In this document: one piece after another, positions 1 through 10,389 of the stretch
Layout of the letters: every line of letters begins with the position of its first letter
How positions within the stretch are numbered: the stretch's first letter is position 1
DNA from: an uncultured Candidatus Saccharibacteria bacterium
Lineage (GTDB): Bacteria; Patescibacteriota; Minisyncoccia; Phycocordibacterales; UBA2100
Direction: 5' to 3'
Length of the DNA stretch: 64,000 bases
Assembly (NCBI GenBank): GCA_964399865.1
Contig: CAYNRJ010000001.1
Coordinates: 266,050-330,049 of the forward strand
Position numbers and translations under genes: made by a program
Notes under the pieces: generated by a model
What the model saw: only the letters and a program-made list of their open reading frames with translations
Database searches by the model: none
What the model was told of the DNA's origin: nothing

Positions 1-182
1 GTTGCGGGATGCCACCAGTCGATGGTCCACCAGTAATAGGCAGTTGCAACACTCATGAGCCCGATCAGGATTCCGGTAAATAGCATCTCCCCTCTCAAAT
101 CCTTTCTGCGAAAGAAAAGAAAAGCCCACACAAGAATAAAGGGCAAGCACGCGATCAGATACACCCACTCCGTCGGGACCAT
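1..182 (-). CDS. Membrane protein, N-terminal part (runs off the window); possibly lycopene-cyclase-domain-like
   Basis: Manually translated open frame from ATG 182: MVPTEWVYLIACLPFILVWAFLFFRRKDLRGEMLFTGILIGLMSVATAYYWWTIDWWHPA...; two hydrophobic helices. Family call is from resemblance only. Confidence 0.6.
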   Translation of the reverse strand, partial: MVPTEWVYLIACLPFILVWAFLFFRRKDLRGEMLFTGILIGLMSVATAYYWWTIDWWHPA

Positions 183-216
183 TCAAAAATTATAACAGCA
201 AGTTGCTATGTACTGA

Positions 217-287
217 CTGGGAGACATGGATTCGAACCATGATTCACGGCTCCAAAGGCCGCTGTCCTACCATTAGACGATCTCCCA
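217..287 (-). tRNA. tRNA-Gln(TTG)
   Basis: TGGGAGA/TCTCCCA acceptor stem, anticodon arm CGGC-CTTTGGA-GCCG, T-loop GGTTCGAATCC; CCA not encoded. Confidence 0.95.
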
Positions 288-306
288 AACTGCCGCATTA
301 TGCGGA

Positions 307-1350
307 TTACTTCTTATTCTCGCAAATGTCTATTATCGCGAGCTCAAGCGGCAAATGCGGAACTGCCGCATATGCCATTGTACTGTACGCGTCCAAGAGC
401 GATTTTAGAGTGTCGGAATTAACTCCTGGTTCTTTTGATGTTTCTTTCGCCATGACGATATCCGCCTCGGTTAATTCTTTAGACAGAGCCTCCGCAATGT
501 CGGGCGCATATCGAAGGAGAAGCACAACGCGCATGCGGTGAATCAGAAGTTTTGCGAGCGTGCGCGGTTCCACATTTTCTTCAATTGCGTTCCCGATAAA
601 CTTGAGGGCTGACGGTGCATCCTTCTTTGCGATCGCAGTAAGAATCTTGCGTACCATCTCACCTCTTGGCGCACCGGATACTGCTTCAACTTCCTCTATT
701 TCTATTTTTTTATTTTTCGAAACCGCCAAGATCTTCTGCAATATTGAAAGTGCATCTCTGAAAGAGCCTTCGGCAAGAAGAGCAACTAATTCTGACGCTG
801 AGCGCTCCATTGAATATCCTTCTGCTTTTGCTACATCTTCGATTACCCCCGCGAGTACTTCGCGTGTCGGTTGCTTGAACGAATAGATCTCGCAACGTGA
901 CTGGATCGTGTCCGGCACTTTATCGCGCTCCGTTGTCGCCAAAACGAAAATACAGTGAGCTGGTGGCTCTTCGAGTGTTTTAAGAAATGCATTCCATGCA
1001 GCGCGAGAGAGCATGTGCGCCTCATCTATTATGTAGAACTTGTAGGGCGATTCGAACGGCATTGCATAGACCCCCTCTCGAAGCTCGCGGATATTATCGA
1101 CGCCTGTATGCGATGCAGCGTCTATTTCATAGAGGTCTTTGTCGGTGACACCAAGCTCATGCGCGAGAATACGCGCAACGGACGTCTTCCCTGTCCCGCG
1201 ACTTCCCGCAAATAGATACGCATGCGCTATTTTCTTATTCTCTATTGCCTTCTCAAGTACGCCTACCACATGCTCCTGTCCTTGTACTTCCTTAAAGCTT
1301 CCGGGACGATACGCTCGATAGAGTGTTGTGGACTTCACCTCTTTCTTCAT
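307..1350 (-). CDS. dnaX: DNA polymerase III subunit gamma/tau (short form)
   Basis: LYRAYRP, Walker A GSRGTGKT, IIDEAH, LKTLEEPP, SRC motif; start moved to ATG 1350 (MKKEVK), 6 nt after TGTTATACT. Confidence 0.95.
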   Translation of the reverse strand: MKKEVKSTTLYRAYRPGSFKEVQGQEHVVGVLEKAIENKKIAHAYLFAGSRGTGKTSVARILAHELGVTDKDLYEIDAASHTGVDNIRELREGVYAMPFESPYKFYIIDEAHMLSRAAWNAFLKTLEEPPAHCIFVLATTERDKVPDTIQSRCEIYSFKQPTREVLAGVIEDVAKAEGYSMERSASELVALLAEGSFRDALSILQKILAVSKNKKIEIEEVEAVSGAPRGEMVRKILTAIAKKDAPSALKFIGNAIEENVEPRTLAKLLIHRMRVVLLLRYAPDIAEALSKELTEADIVMAKETSKEPGVNSDTLKSLLDAYSTMAYAAVPHLPLELAIIDICENKK

Positions 1351-1363
1351 GCGAGCAGTATAA

Positions 1364-1396
1364 CAAAAGAAAAATCCCGCGGGAGCAGCGCGGGAT
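1364..1396 (-). terminator. Intrinsic terminator after the 90-aa ORF
   Basis: ATCCCGCG/CGCGGGAT stem followed by a T-run on the minus strand. Confidence 0.6.
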
Positions 1397-1418
1397 ACAC
1401 AAATCGGCCAATGCAGCC

Positions 1419-1691
1419 TCACTTAATAAGGCCTTTGCGGCGGGCATCTTCCTCGAGCTGCCGCAAGAGTCGTTTCCTGTTCGTGTCTTCGTCGACTCCC
1501 TGGGCCGTTCTTTCGGCCCGTGTTCTATCTTTCGCGCGGAGTCTCTCTAACTCCACAGGATCCAGCGTTCTTGCAGAACGGGTTAGCGTCTCGACACTCG
1601 TCGAGGCGAAAGTCTTCTTGTGCCCCTTCTTTACGGGCTTCCTCCGCGGGTCGTCAAACAAGGGGTCAAATCGTCCACGTTTCTTCGGCAT
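1419..1691 (-). CDS. Small basic hypothetical protein (90 aa)
   Basis: Fills the dus-dnaX gap; GGGAG SD upstream; terminator downstream; K/R-rich. Confidence 0.6.
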   Translation of the reverse strand: MPKKRGRFDPLFDDPRRKPVKKGHKKTFASTSVETLTRSARTLDPVELERLRAKDRTRAERTAQGVDEDTNRKRLLRQLEEDARRKGLIK

Positions 1692-1748
1692 TACAAAGAT
1701 CTCCCTTTTCGATTGGTGCTATCCTAGCATTCTTCCCGCTACTTTGCT

Positions 1749-2702
1749 TCAGAGAGAAACTTTTTCCAAGGTCGCAATTGCCTCCCTTACACTCCCGACT
1801 TCCATCAGTGTGATTCTTAAGTCTTTGGCTCCATCCCAGCCCGAAATGTAGGCTTTGAAATGCTTTTTCATCAGCGCGAAATTCGTAGTCCCTGTCAGAA
1901 GCTCATCAAAAAGAGCGAGATGCTCCTTGAGCGCTGCAACCCGCTCGACAGGAGTTGGAGGCTCTGTTCGATCGGCAAAGAGCCACGGATTACCGTAAAT
2001 AGCACGGCCGAGCATTGCCCCATCTGCTCCTGTTTCCGCAATTTTCGCGCGTGCATCCGCAATATCTTTTACGTCGCCGTTTCCGAGGATGCGCGCCTTG
2101 GACTTTAACTCATCACGAATTTCGACTGCTCGCTTCACCCTTTCCCATCGCGCAGGCACGAGTGACATCTCTTTTCGAGTACGTGCATGGATCGTCACGG
2201 CTGCAGGTTCTTCTGCAAGAAGCTCCGGAAGCCACGTATCGAGCTCATCTTTAGTAAAACCTAGCCGCGTTTTTACGGAAACTGGAAGACCGCATTTCTT
2301 TGCCGCCCGGATTAACTCACGCGCAAGCGGCGGATTTTTAATAAGACCAGCACCGCATTGCTGTCGCACGACTTCGTCCACTGGGCATCCCATATTGATA
2401 TCGACGCCATCAAACCCAAGGTCCGCCACAAGCTGTGCGATTTTTTCCATGTGCTCAGGATATGCAGTGAAAAGTTGTGCCGAGATTGGCCTTTCGGATT
2501 CGCTATAGAGCAACTTCTTTTTAAGACGTTTTTGTCCGTCTGCATCCGCAAGAAGAAGCCCGTCCGCAGAAGTAAATTCCGTGAACATCACGTGCGGTTT
2601 TCCATATCGAGCGATGAGCCTACGAAATGCTGCATCCGTCACGTCCTCGAGCGGCGCGAGAGCAAAAATAGGCTTCGGCAATTTCTCCCAAAAATTTTGC
2701 AT
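1749..2702 (-). CDS. dus: tRNA-dihydrouridine synthase
   Basis: LAPLEDVTD, DINMGCP, SVKTRLG, HART, GNGDV, MLGRAIYGNPW motifs. Confidence 0.93.
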   Translation of the reverse strand: MQNFWEKLPKPIFALAPLEDVTDAAFRRLIARYGKPHVMFTEFTSADGLLLADADGQKRLKKKLLYSESERPISAQLFTAYPEHMEKIAQLVADLGFDGVDINMGCPVDEVVRQQCGAGLIKNPPLARELIRAAKKCGLPVSVKTRLGFTKDELDTWLPELLAEEPAAVTIHARTRKEMSLVPARWERVKRAVEIRDELKSKARILGNGDVKDIADARAKIAETGADGAMLGRAIYGNPWLFADRTEPPTPVERVAALKEHLALFDELLTGTTNFALMKKHFKAYISGWDGAKDLRITLMEVGSVREAIATLEKVSL

Positions 2703-2728
2703 TGCAGAGAATGTAGCACAAATGCCCT

Positions 2729-3640
2729 TTACTGTGTTACTGCCGCTTCTCCGAAAAATTTGTAGTACACGCGATTGCCGAAACGAAGATCAACATATTC
2801 AAGTTCCCCTTCCCGGCCACGTAGAGCATCCGATGAAAGAACCAGCTCAAGGTTTCGCACTATTTTTTCTGCATCCTCATTGAAAGCAATCCGAAGCTTG
2901 TATCCGCGCTCAAGAGAAACAGAAAAATCTTGCTCACTCTCAATCGTTATTACTTTCGGGATGAAATTCTTTTCCTCGAGAAGATGTAGAAGCGTGACCA
3001 CCTGAGCAAACCTCTCAGGAAGAAACTTCTGACCAATAGGATCGACACCCTCAGGAAGCGCGCCTCTAAACGTATACGGGACAGTATATGGTGAAGCCAT
3101 CGGCTCCTCCGCGAAAATAAAACCATTATCATCCATGAGATAACACTCCTCAAGAACGCACCAGCGAGCGCTCGGCCCTCTCTCTGCCACTGTGACACGA
3201 ATTGATTGAGCGAGGAGCGAATCGCGCGAAATATTCACCGAGTGAAGACGAGGGAAATATTTTTGTACACCTTGTTCTAGTGCCCTCCTTGGATAGAGAA
3301 ATACATTTTCTTTTGAGAAAAAGGCATTCGAGCCATCACGAAGCTCCGCTTCGACATATGCGCGTACCAAATCCTCAGAGATATCGTTCGCACCGACCAC
3401 TTCTATTTGTTCGATCGCGAACTGAGGAAGATGTGTTGCATACCCAGCTCCCCACGTCGCTCCTGCGCCGAGAATAAGAATACCGAGTCCGATAAGCACA
3501 CGTGTCCGGCGCCTTTTAGCGCGAAGCGGTGACTTGCGCGCCGCGGGTCGCACCTTAACGGGCGTAGTTGAACGAGAGAAAAGCTCACTATAGATCCCGG
3601 GCTTTTTCTTCCGGAGATCAATTGTTCTTTTTGATGACAT
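2729..3640 (-). CDS. FtsQ/DivIB-like cell division protein
   Basis: Basic N-terminus, one TM helix, POTRA-like region, C-terminal YVDLRFGNRVY. Confidence 0.75.
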   Translation of the reverse strand: MSSKRTIDLRKKKPGIYSELFSRSTTPVKVRPAARKSPLRAKRRRTRVLIGLGILILGAGATWGAGYATHLPQFAIEQIEVVGANDISEDLVRAYVEAELRDGSNAFFSKENVFLYPRRALEQGVQKYFPRLHSVNISRDSLLAQSIRVTVAERGPSARWCVLEECYLMDDNGFIFAEEPMASPYTVPYTFRGALPEGVDPIGQKFLPERFAQVVTLLHLLEEKNFIPKVITIESEQDFSVSLERGYKLRIAFNEDAEKIVRNLELVLSSDALRGREGELEYVDLRFGNRVYYKFFGEAAVTQ

Positions 3641-4892
3641 CTTTCCCCATGTATGTCCGGAGCACCTCCGGAATTAATATCGAACCATCTTCCTGCTGAT
3701 TGTTTTCCACTATCTGCGTAAGGATGCGGGGCGTTGCAAGCGCGGTGTTATTCAGAGAGTGAGCGTAGCGAAGGACCCCTTCGGCGTCGCGGTAGCGGAT
3801 ATTCATGCGACGCGTTTGGAAATCATGGAAATACGAAGAGGAGTGAGTCTCTCGATACTTCTGTTCGCTTGGCATCCACGCTTCGATATCATATTTCTTT
3901 ACCTGACCGAGACCTAAGTCTCCTCCACAATTGATAACAACGTGGTATGGCAATTTCAATTCTTGTAACAGGGCTTCGGCATTCCCCGTTAACTCCTCAT
4001 GGAATTTCACGGACGTTTCGTGATTCGCTTCGCACAAGACTACCTGCTCGAACTTAACGAATTCGTGAATACGAAAAATTCCCTTTGTATCTTTGCCGTG
4101 ACTTCCCGCTTCCCGGCGGAAACACGGAGAAAATGCGAAGAACTTTATCGGAAGACTTGCCTTGTCGAGGACCTCGTCCATGTAGTACCCCATCGTTGCG
4201 ACCTCAGCAGTTCCCGCGAGATAATCGCCATCTTGAGTTTTGTACAAGTCCTCTTCACTTTGCGGAAGATATCCAGTTCCTACGAACGGCTCTCTCCTCA
4301 CGAGTGAGGGCACGATCATCGGAGTGAATCCTTCGCGATTCATAAAACGCTCTTGCACAAAACGCTCTAGCGCCCATACGAGACGTGCTCCATCATTCTT
4401 CAAAAAGTATCCTCGAAAGCCTGCGACTTTCGCGCCGCGTTCGTAGTCGGCCATGTCATGCATGAGAAGAAGCTCGCTGTGATTCTTCACCGGAAAATTA
4501 AACGTCGGGATCTCTCCCCACTGACGCACTTCTTTATTATCAGCATCAGATTCCCCTTCCGGCACCGACATGTCTGGGACGTTTGGCACCATGACCATAA
4601 GAGCGCGCCATTCTTTCAAAAGTTCTTGCATGGACTCCTCTTCTACCTTAAGAGTCTCTTTCAAATCTTGCATGCGCTTAATGATCTCCTGTTTTTTTGC
4701 AGGATCTTTCTCAGATGCGATCGAATCCGACGCGGCATTCTGTTCACCGCGTTTACCGTCAATTGAGAGCTGGAGTTCACGACGCTTATCGTCGATTTGG
4801 AGGAGCTTATCGAGATCAATATTGATGCGTTTTTTCTTGGCTCCTGCCGCAACAATATCCTTATTCTCTCGGATGAATTTGATATCAAGCAT
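3618..4892 (-). CDS. serS: Serine--tRNA ligase
   Basis: MLDIKFIREN start, coiled coil, GTAE, FRREAGS, HSLNNT. Confidence 0.97.
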   Translation of the reverse strand: MLDIKFIRENKDIVAAGAKKKRINIDLDKLLQIDDKRRELQLSIDGKRGEQNAASDSIASEKDPAKKQEIIKRMQDLKETLKVEEESMQELLKEWRALMVMVPNVPDMSVPEGESDADNKEVRQWGEIPTFNFPVKNHSELLLMHDMADYERGAKVAGFRGYFLKNDGARLVWALERFVQERFMNREGFTPMIVPSLVRREPFVGTGYLPQSEEDLYKTQDGDYLAGTAEVATMGYYMDEVLDKASLPIKFFAFSPCFRREAGSHGKDTKGIFRIHEFVKFEQVVLCEANHETSVKFHEELTGNAEALLQELKLPYHVVINCGGDLGLGQVKKYDIEAWMPSEQKYRETHSSSYFHDFQTRRMNIRYRDAEGVLRYAHSLNNTALATPRILTQIVENNQQEDGSILIPEVLRTYMGKDVIKKNN

Positions 4893-4927
4893 ACGTGGCG
4901 CTTCTATAAATGCAGTATCATACTAGC

Positions 4928-5788
4928 ATGAAAGACGGCTTAAAACTGCTCTCTCGTAAGGACTTTCCACCCCTCCTTAAAGAAATCCCAGACGCCCCAA
5001 AGAAGCTTTACGTCCGTGGCGAGCTTCCGGATTTCAGAAAAAAATGGCTCGCGGTTGTTGGGAGCCGCGCATGCACGCCGTATGGTCGACAAGCGCTCCG
5101 TCATCTAATAGAGGGGCTGCGTGGATATCCTGTCGTTATCGTATCCGGACTCGCATACGGGATCGATGCCGAAGCACATAAAGCAGCGCTTGAGGCCGGA
5201 TTGCCGACAGTTGCTGTCCCCGGCTCTGGACTTGGCTGGGATGTGCTGTATCCACGCGCGAACGTGCCTCTTGCGCGGGCAATTGTAAAAGCGGGCGGTG
5301 CACTTCTTTCAGAATACGAACCGAATTTCAAAGCGACCGATTATTCTTTTCCCCAAAGAAATCGTGTAATGGCAGGTCTTTGCAATGCGACTCTCATGAT
5401 CGAAGCAAAAGAAAAGTCGGGCTCACTCATTACCGCGCGCCTCACGACTGAATATAATCGCGAACTTCTCGTTGTCCCCGGTTCGATATTCTCCGCGGAA
5501 AGTCGCGGCACTCATCAATTCCTAAAGCTTGGCGCGACGCCGATCACAGAGCCTGCCGACATTCTCCGAGTACTCGATATTAAAACCGAAGTGCGAGAAT
5601 CTGCTGCAATGCGGGCCGATCTTTCTGAAGACGAAAAACGGGTGCTTGAAATCATCAAAAACCCGATGAGTCGAGATGATCTAATTGAGGCGCTCGAATT
5701 ACCGATTTCGGACGCAAATATTTTACTTTCAACTATGGAAATCAAAGAGCTGATTGTAGAAGTATTAGGTACGATCCGTGCGAAGTAG
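4928..5788 (+). CDS. dprA: DNA-processing protein DprA
   Basis: AVVGSR, VSGLAYGIDAEAH, FPQRNR, SGSLITA, C-terminal winged helix; next to topA as is common. Confidence 0.95.
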   Translation: MKDGLKLLSRKDFPPLLKEIPDAPKKLYVRGELPDFRKKWLAVVGSRACTPYGRQALRHLIEGLRGYPVVIVSGLAYGIDAEAHKAALEAGLPTVAVPGSGLGWDVLYPRANVPLARAIVKAGGALLSEYEPNFKATDYSFPQRNRVMAGLCNATLMIEAKEKSGSLITARLTTEYNRELLVVPGSIFSAESRGTHQFLKLGATPITEPADILRVLDIKTEVRESAAMRADLSEDEKRVLEIIKNPMSRDDLIEALELPISDANILLSTMEIKELIVEVLGTIRAK

Positions 5789-5839
5789 AAGGAGGTCATA
5801 AAATATGCTACATATTGCCGCAGGCAATTACGAGGGAGA

Positions 5840-6295
5840 ATGGCTATGTCGCGCATTATCGCTCGGATGAGCACAGCAGACCGCGTAGAGGCGATCAAGC
5901 AATGCTTGGCGGAAGAGAGACCGAAGTCGGCGATTGCGGCTCTGTTCGACGCCGAGATCGCCGATATCAGAATGTTCATCGAAATGAACTTCCCCAGTTA
6001 TCTGGCTCAGTTCGATCAGTTACCGACTGGTAACCGAGCGCGACCGGAGGAATCACCCGCGCCTGCTCGGCCGAGGAAACCGCGAGGTGTCAGCGGTGGA
6101 ACATCGGCCGGGACCAGCCCAGGACCTAAGCCGGAAGCGCTGGAGATTCCACTAACCGCAAGTGAGCGTCTGCTCGTAGACTTGATCCGCAACCGCTTCC
6201 ACTACGCGCCGGAAGCACGACCGTTCCGATTTCTTCCCCGAGAGATACAGCGGCAGATACGTCAGCGGGCTGTAGACATCATGTACCTGAGATGA
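5840..6295 (+). CDS. Hypothetical protein (151 aa) with Pro/Gly-rich linker
   Basis: Fills the dprA-topA gap; GAGGGAG SD; hairpin plus T-run downstream. Confidence 0.6.
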   Translation: MAMSRIIARMSTADRVEAIKQCLAEERPKSAIAALFDAEIADIRMFIEMNFPSYLAQFDQLPTGNRARPEESPAPARPRKPRGVSGGTSAGTSPGPKPEALEIPLTASERLLVDLIRNRFHYAPEARPFRFLPREIQRQIRQRAVDIMYLR

Positions 6296-6314
6296 GTACA
6301 GGGGACGATTTTTT

Positions 6315-6350
6315 GGTCGCGGCACGATGTGCCGCGACCTCCTGTTTTTT
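6315..6350 (+). terminator. Intrinsic terminator
   Basis: GGTCGCGGCAC-GAT-GTGCCGCGACC 11-bp stem, then TTTTTT a few nt later. Confidence 0.6.
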
Positions 6351-6414
6351 ATATTTTGAAGATATCTTCATTTGACATGTGCTACGCTTCTCCTGTATCA
6401 CTGTCCATTACGGT

Positions 6415-8577
6415 ATGAAATTAGTAATAGTAGAATCACCGGCAAAAGCGAAAACGATCGAGAAGTACCTCGGTAAGGGTTTTACCGTGCGCGCATCGGT
6501 CGGTCACATTCGCGATCTGCCAAAGAGCAACAAAGACGCCGTCGATATCGAGGGTGGTTTCGTGCCGCGCTATCAAATCGTAAAAGAGAAACAGCACATA
6601 ATAGATGATCTTCAAAAAGAAGCAGGTAAGGCTGATGAGGTTATCCTAGCGACAGACCCCGACCGTGAAGGCGAAGCTATCGCGTGGCACCTCGCACAGG
6701 CCATCGGCTTAAAGAAACCAAAACGAATCGTATTCCACGAGATTACAGAACACGCAGTCCAAGACGCTCTCGCACACCCACGTCTTATAGACAACGATCT
6801 TCGCAGTGCCCAAGAAGCGCGCCGCGTGCTCGATCGCTTATTCGGCTATGACCTCTCGGGACTCGTATGGAAAAAGGTGCGCTACGGACTCTCCGCAGGC
6901 CGCGTGCAATCCCCTGCGCTCCGAATCATTATGGAAAAAGAACGCGAAATCCGAGCGTTTATACCAGAAAAGTATTGGGTCATTAGCGCGGACATGAGAA
7001 CGAAGCTCGGTAAAAATTTCACTGTTACCTGTGTTGAAGAACCAAAAACAGAAGAGGAGGCTACGCGTATTCTGCGTACCGCCCAAACAGAGCCCTGGTT
7101 CGTACATTCTATAGAAGAATCCGAGCAGTCCCGCGCCCCAAAGGCGCCTTTCACTACATCGACCCTCCAACAGGCGGCTTCCACTCGCCTTGGCTTCTCT
7201 CCTTCCCGCACGATGGGTACTGCACAAAAATTGTACGAAGCGGGTCACATTACATATATGCGAACAGATAGTCCAAACCTTGCTAAGGAGGCGCAAGCTG
7301 CGCTCCTTGGAGTTGTCGAGAGTGAATATGGAAAAGACTACCTAGCACCACGTGAGTACAAGACAAAAAGTAAGACTGCACAGGAGGCGCACGAGGCAGT
7401 GCGTCCTACTGATCCCAAAAAACATTCTGCTGGTGCAAATGATGACCAAAAGAAATTGTATGAGTTGATCCACTCACGCGCACTCGCAAGTCAGATGGCA
7501 GACGCACGAGTCATGCGCACTACAATCTCCACAAGGGCGAGCGATTCCATTCCACTTTTTGCTGCCCGTGGCTCACGTGTCGTATTTGAAGGCTGGCTCA
7601 AAGCGGATCCAGGGGCACGCGGCGAAGAAGTAGAACTTCCAAAAGTTACGGAGGGTGATCCCCTACAACTTCTTGAGGCGCGCTCGGAGGGAAAAGAAAC
7701 TCAACCACCTGGACGCTACAGCGAAGCCGGACTCGTAAAAGAATTGGAGAAACGCGGCATCGGCCGACCTTCAACGTACGCAAGTATCATAAAAACCCTT
7801 GAGGACCGCGGGTATGTAGAAAAGCAGGGACGAACACTTCTCCCTACCTATACAGGCGACGTCGTCTCAACATTTTTGGAGAATCATTTTGCCGATTACA
7901 TAAGCGACGGCTTCACAGCAGAAATGGAGAACGAACTCGATGAGATCGCCGATGGTAAACGAAAGTACGAAAAGACGATGAAAGATTTCTATGGACCTTT
8001 CACGAAGGCAGTGAAGAGTAAGGCCAAAATTGAGAAGCTCACAAACATGGGTGATGCACCGAAGGAATTCCCCTGCCCTATCTGTAAGGGTCCGATGGTC
8101 TACAAGCTGTCCAAAAACGGGCGCTTCATGAGCTGTGCAAAATTCCCTGAGTGCCTCGGGGCTCGTAAGGAAGATGGAAATGAGATCGCGCCTCCAAAGG
8201 ATCTCGGCGAAGCTTGCCCTCAGTGTAAAGACGGAAAATTAATCCTTCGTGAAGGACGTTTCGGCCAATTTATTGCGTGCGCAAACTATCCAAAATGTAA
8301 GTTCGTTAAGAAAGATCCGGCAGAAGAAGCTCGCTCGAAAACAGGTGTTGCCTGCCCTACGTGTGGAAAAGGAGAAATGGTGGAGCGTCGAGGACGTTTT
8401 GGACTCTTCTATTCTTGCTCCAATTATCCTGACTGTAAGAACGCGATCAAAGCAAAACCTACCGGTAGGATCTGCAGTCTTTGTGGAAGTTTGATGATGG
8501 AGGGAACGAAAACGATCCCTGAGCGTTGTTCGAATAAGACGTGCGCAAATCACCGACCAGATAAGCTCAAGAAATAG
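6415..8577 (+). CDS. topA: DNA topoisomerase I
   Basis: MKLVIVESPAKAKTI, ATDPDREGE, SAGRVQS, ITYMRTD, C-terminal Zn ribbons. Confidence 0.97.
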   Translation: MKLVIVESPAKAKTIEKYLGKGFTVRASVGHIRDLPKSNKDAVDIEGGFVPRYQIVKEKQHIIDDLQKEAGKADEVILATDPDREGEAIAWHLAQAIGLKKPKRIVFHEITEHAVQDALAHPRLIDNDLRSAQEARRVLDRLFGYDLSGLVWKKVRYGLSAGRVQSPALRIIMEKEREIRAFIPEKYWVISADMRTKLGKNFTVTCVEEPKTEEEATRILRTAQTEPWFVHSIEESEQSRAPKAPFTTSTLQQAASTRLGFSPSRTMGTAQKLYEAGHITYMRTDSPNLAKEAQAALLGVVESEYGKDYLAPREYKTKSKTAQEAHEAVRPTDPKKHSAGANDDQKKLYELIHSRALASQMADARVMRTTISTRASDSIPLFAARGSRVVFEGWLKADPGARGEEVELPKVTEGDPLQLLEARSEGKETQPPGRYSEAGLVKELEKRGIGRPSTYASIIKTLEDRGYVEKQGRTLLPTYTGDVVSTFLENHFADYISDGFTAEMENELDEIADGKRKYEKTMKDFYGPFTKAVKSKAKIEKLTNMGDAPKEFPCPICKGPMVYKLSKNGRFMSCAKFPECLGARKEDGNEIAPPKDLGEACPQCKDGKLILREGRFGQFIACANYPKCKFVKKDPAEEARSKTGVACPTCGKGEMVERRGRFGLFYSCSNYPDCKNAIKAKPTGRICSLCGSLMMEGTKTIPERCSNKTCANHRPDKLKK

Positions 8578-8791
8578 TACGCGGCGCTCTCGGCGCCGCG
8601 CAGGTCCGACATATAACTTCGGACAAAACAGGTTCCTTCACAGGAAGGATCCGGGGAGACGGAATCTCCTCCGGGACCGGTCTTATCACATATCGGTTGT
8701 GTCCACATTCAGGACAAATCCCGACCGTTGAGTTAAACCGACCATGGATCGAACAAAAGAACTCGGTATTAAACGCAGTGCGATGGCACAC
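8567..8791 (-). CDS. Possible small Cys-rich (Zn-ribbon-like) protein
   Basis: GTG start 5 nt after GGGAGG; CSIH, CPEC and CRTC motifs. Confidence 0.4.
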   Translation of the reverse strand: MCHRTAFNTEFFCSIHGRFNSTVGICPECGHNRYVIRPVPEEIPSPRILPVKEPVLSEVICRTCAAPRAPRTIS

Positions 8792-8838
8792 ATGGGCCTC
8801 CCATTGCCAACCGGTAGGGAGGCAGTATTATCAATTAG

Positions 8839-10389
8839 ATGACTGAGGTCAACCTACGCCCACTTAAAGACATCCTCTCCGCGATGGTGAGCAAGGAGAG
8901 CGCGGATGTAGACCTCGTTACGCGAGCCTACGAATTTTCGCAAGCTAGTCACGCCGATCAGAAGCGCTATTCTGGAGATCCTTACTTTTATCACCCTGCT
9001 GAAGTCGGGTATCTTCTTGCTACCGCCGGTATGGATGCTCGCGCGATCGCGGCAGGCCTTCTGCATGACACTATTGAGGACGCGGGTGTGAAGCCAAAAG
9101 ATATCGAAGAAAAGTTCAGTGCTGAGGTGCTTTCTCTCGTCGAGGGCGTGACGAAGCTTGGAACTCTCCGCTATCGAGGGCTTGAGCGTCACACCGAATC
9201 GCTTCGCAAGCTGTTCGCTGCGACAGCGAAAGACATTCGAGTTCTCATCATTAAATTGATGGACCGCCTCCACAATGTACGCACCCTCGAACACGTGCCA
9301 CGTCCTGAGAAACGCGAACGTATAGCACTTGAGACTCTTGAAATATACGCGCCGATCGCCGATCGACTCGGTATGAGCGTTGCGAAACAAGAATTGGAGG
9401 ATGCTGCGTTTCCTCATGCATACCCTAAAGAATACGAGAAAACGCGTGAGCTACTCCGTGAACGCAAGAAAGAGAACGAGGATCAGTTAGAAAAGGTTGA
9501 GAAAGAATTAAAACGAGAGTTCGCGGAAGCTGGGCTTCTAACATTCCGTACAGAGAGGCGCATGAAAGGTATCTACAGCCTTTTTAGGAAACTGGAGCGT
9601 AAAGATTGGGACATCACAAAGATTTACGACATTCTCGCATTACGCGTTATCTTCCCTACGGTAGCGGACTGCTACTCCGCGCTTGGAATTATTCATGGAG
9701 AATGGCGACCTGTGCCAGGTAAAATTAAAGATTACATCGCATTCCCGAAGCCGAACGGCTATCAGAGCATTCACACGACTGTTTACACCGGAGATGGAGG
9801 GGCACTCGAGATGCAACTTCGTACAGAGGATCAACATCGTGAGGCCCTCTATGGAATTGCGTCACATCTCACCTATAAGGAGACTCAGGGGAGCCGAAAG
9901 GAAGGAAAACGCGGTGGACTCGAGTGGGTACGACAATTTTTTCCAATGCTTCGAAGAGCACCTGTGGAGAAGAGTGCCGAGACGGAGTTTGGTACTCGTC
10001 GCACAATCCCAAGTTGGGTAAAAGAGCTCGCACACGCCGATGGCGTTGCAGAAGAGTCAGACGAATACCTTGATACCTTAAAGACCGACTTCTTCAGTCA
10101 TCGCGTATTCGTATTTACCCCGAAAGGAGACGTCATTGACCTCCCTGCCGCAGCGACTCCTATCGATTTTGCGTACGCCGTTCACTCAGATCTCGGGAAC
10201 ACGATGTCGGGAGCACGAGTAAATGGAAAATTAGTATCGCTTGATACATCGCTCCGAAACGGCGACATCGTGGAAGTCATTACAAAGCCAGCCGGAAAGC
10301 CGTCGCGCAAATGGCACGACATAGCAAAGACCAACATGGCCAAGAAATTCATTCGCGCCGCTCTCGCAGCACAACCTAAGAAATTCTAA
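8839..10389 (+). CDS. RelA/SpoT homolog (HD + synthetase + TGS; no ACT domain)
   Basis: LLHDTIED, IKLMDRLHN, GYQSIHT, EMQLRT, VFVFTPKG...TPIDFAY. Confidence 0.93.
   Translation: MTEVNLRPLKDILSAMVSKESADVDLVTRAYEFSQASHADQKRYSGDPYFYHPAEVGYLLATAGMDARAIAAGLLHDTIEDAGVKPKDIEEKFSAEVLSLVEGVTKLGTLRYRGLERHTESLRKLFAATAKDIRVLIIKLMDRLHNVRTLEHVPRPEKRERIALETLEIYAPIADRLGMSVAKQELEDAAFPHAYPKEYEKTRELLRERKKENEDQLEKVEKELKREFAEAGLLTFRTERRMKGIYSLFRKLERKDWDITKIYDILALRVIFPTVADCYSALGIIHGEWRPVPGKIKDYIAFPKPNGYQSIHTTVYTGDGGALEMQLRTEDQHREALYGIASHLTYKETQGSRKEGKRGGLEWVRQFFPMLRRAPVEKSAETEFGTRRTIPSWVKELAHADGVAEESDEYLDTLKTDFFSHRVFVFTPKGDVIDLPAAATPIDFAYAVHSDLGNTMSGARVNGKLVSLDTSLRNGDIVEVITKPAGKPSRKWHDIAKTNMAKKFIRAALAAQPKKF

Noticed and set aside
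307-1350. Short DnaX; also short IF2 and an RSH without ACT
   Set aside because: Clean starts and stops with intact catalytic motifs; consistent with streamlining, not pseudogenes.
1374-1396. GGGAGCAGC next to dnaX suggesting SRP RNA
   Set aside because: No long SRP hairpin or GGAA-capped helix; explained as a terminator loop.
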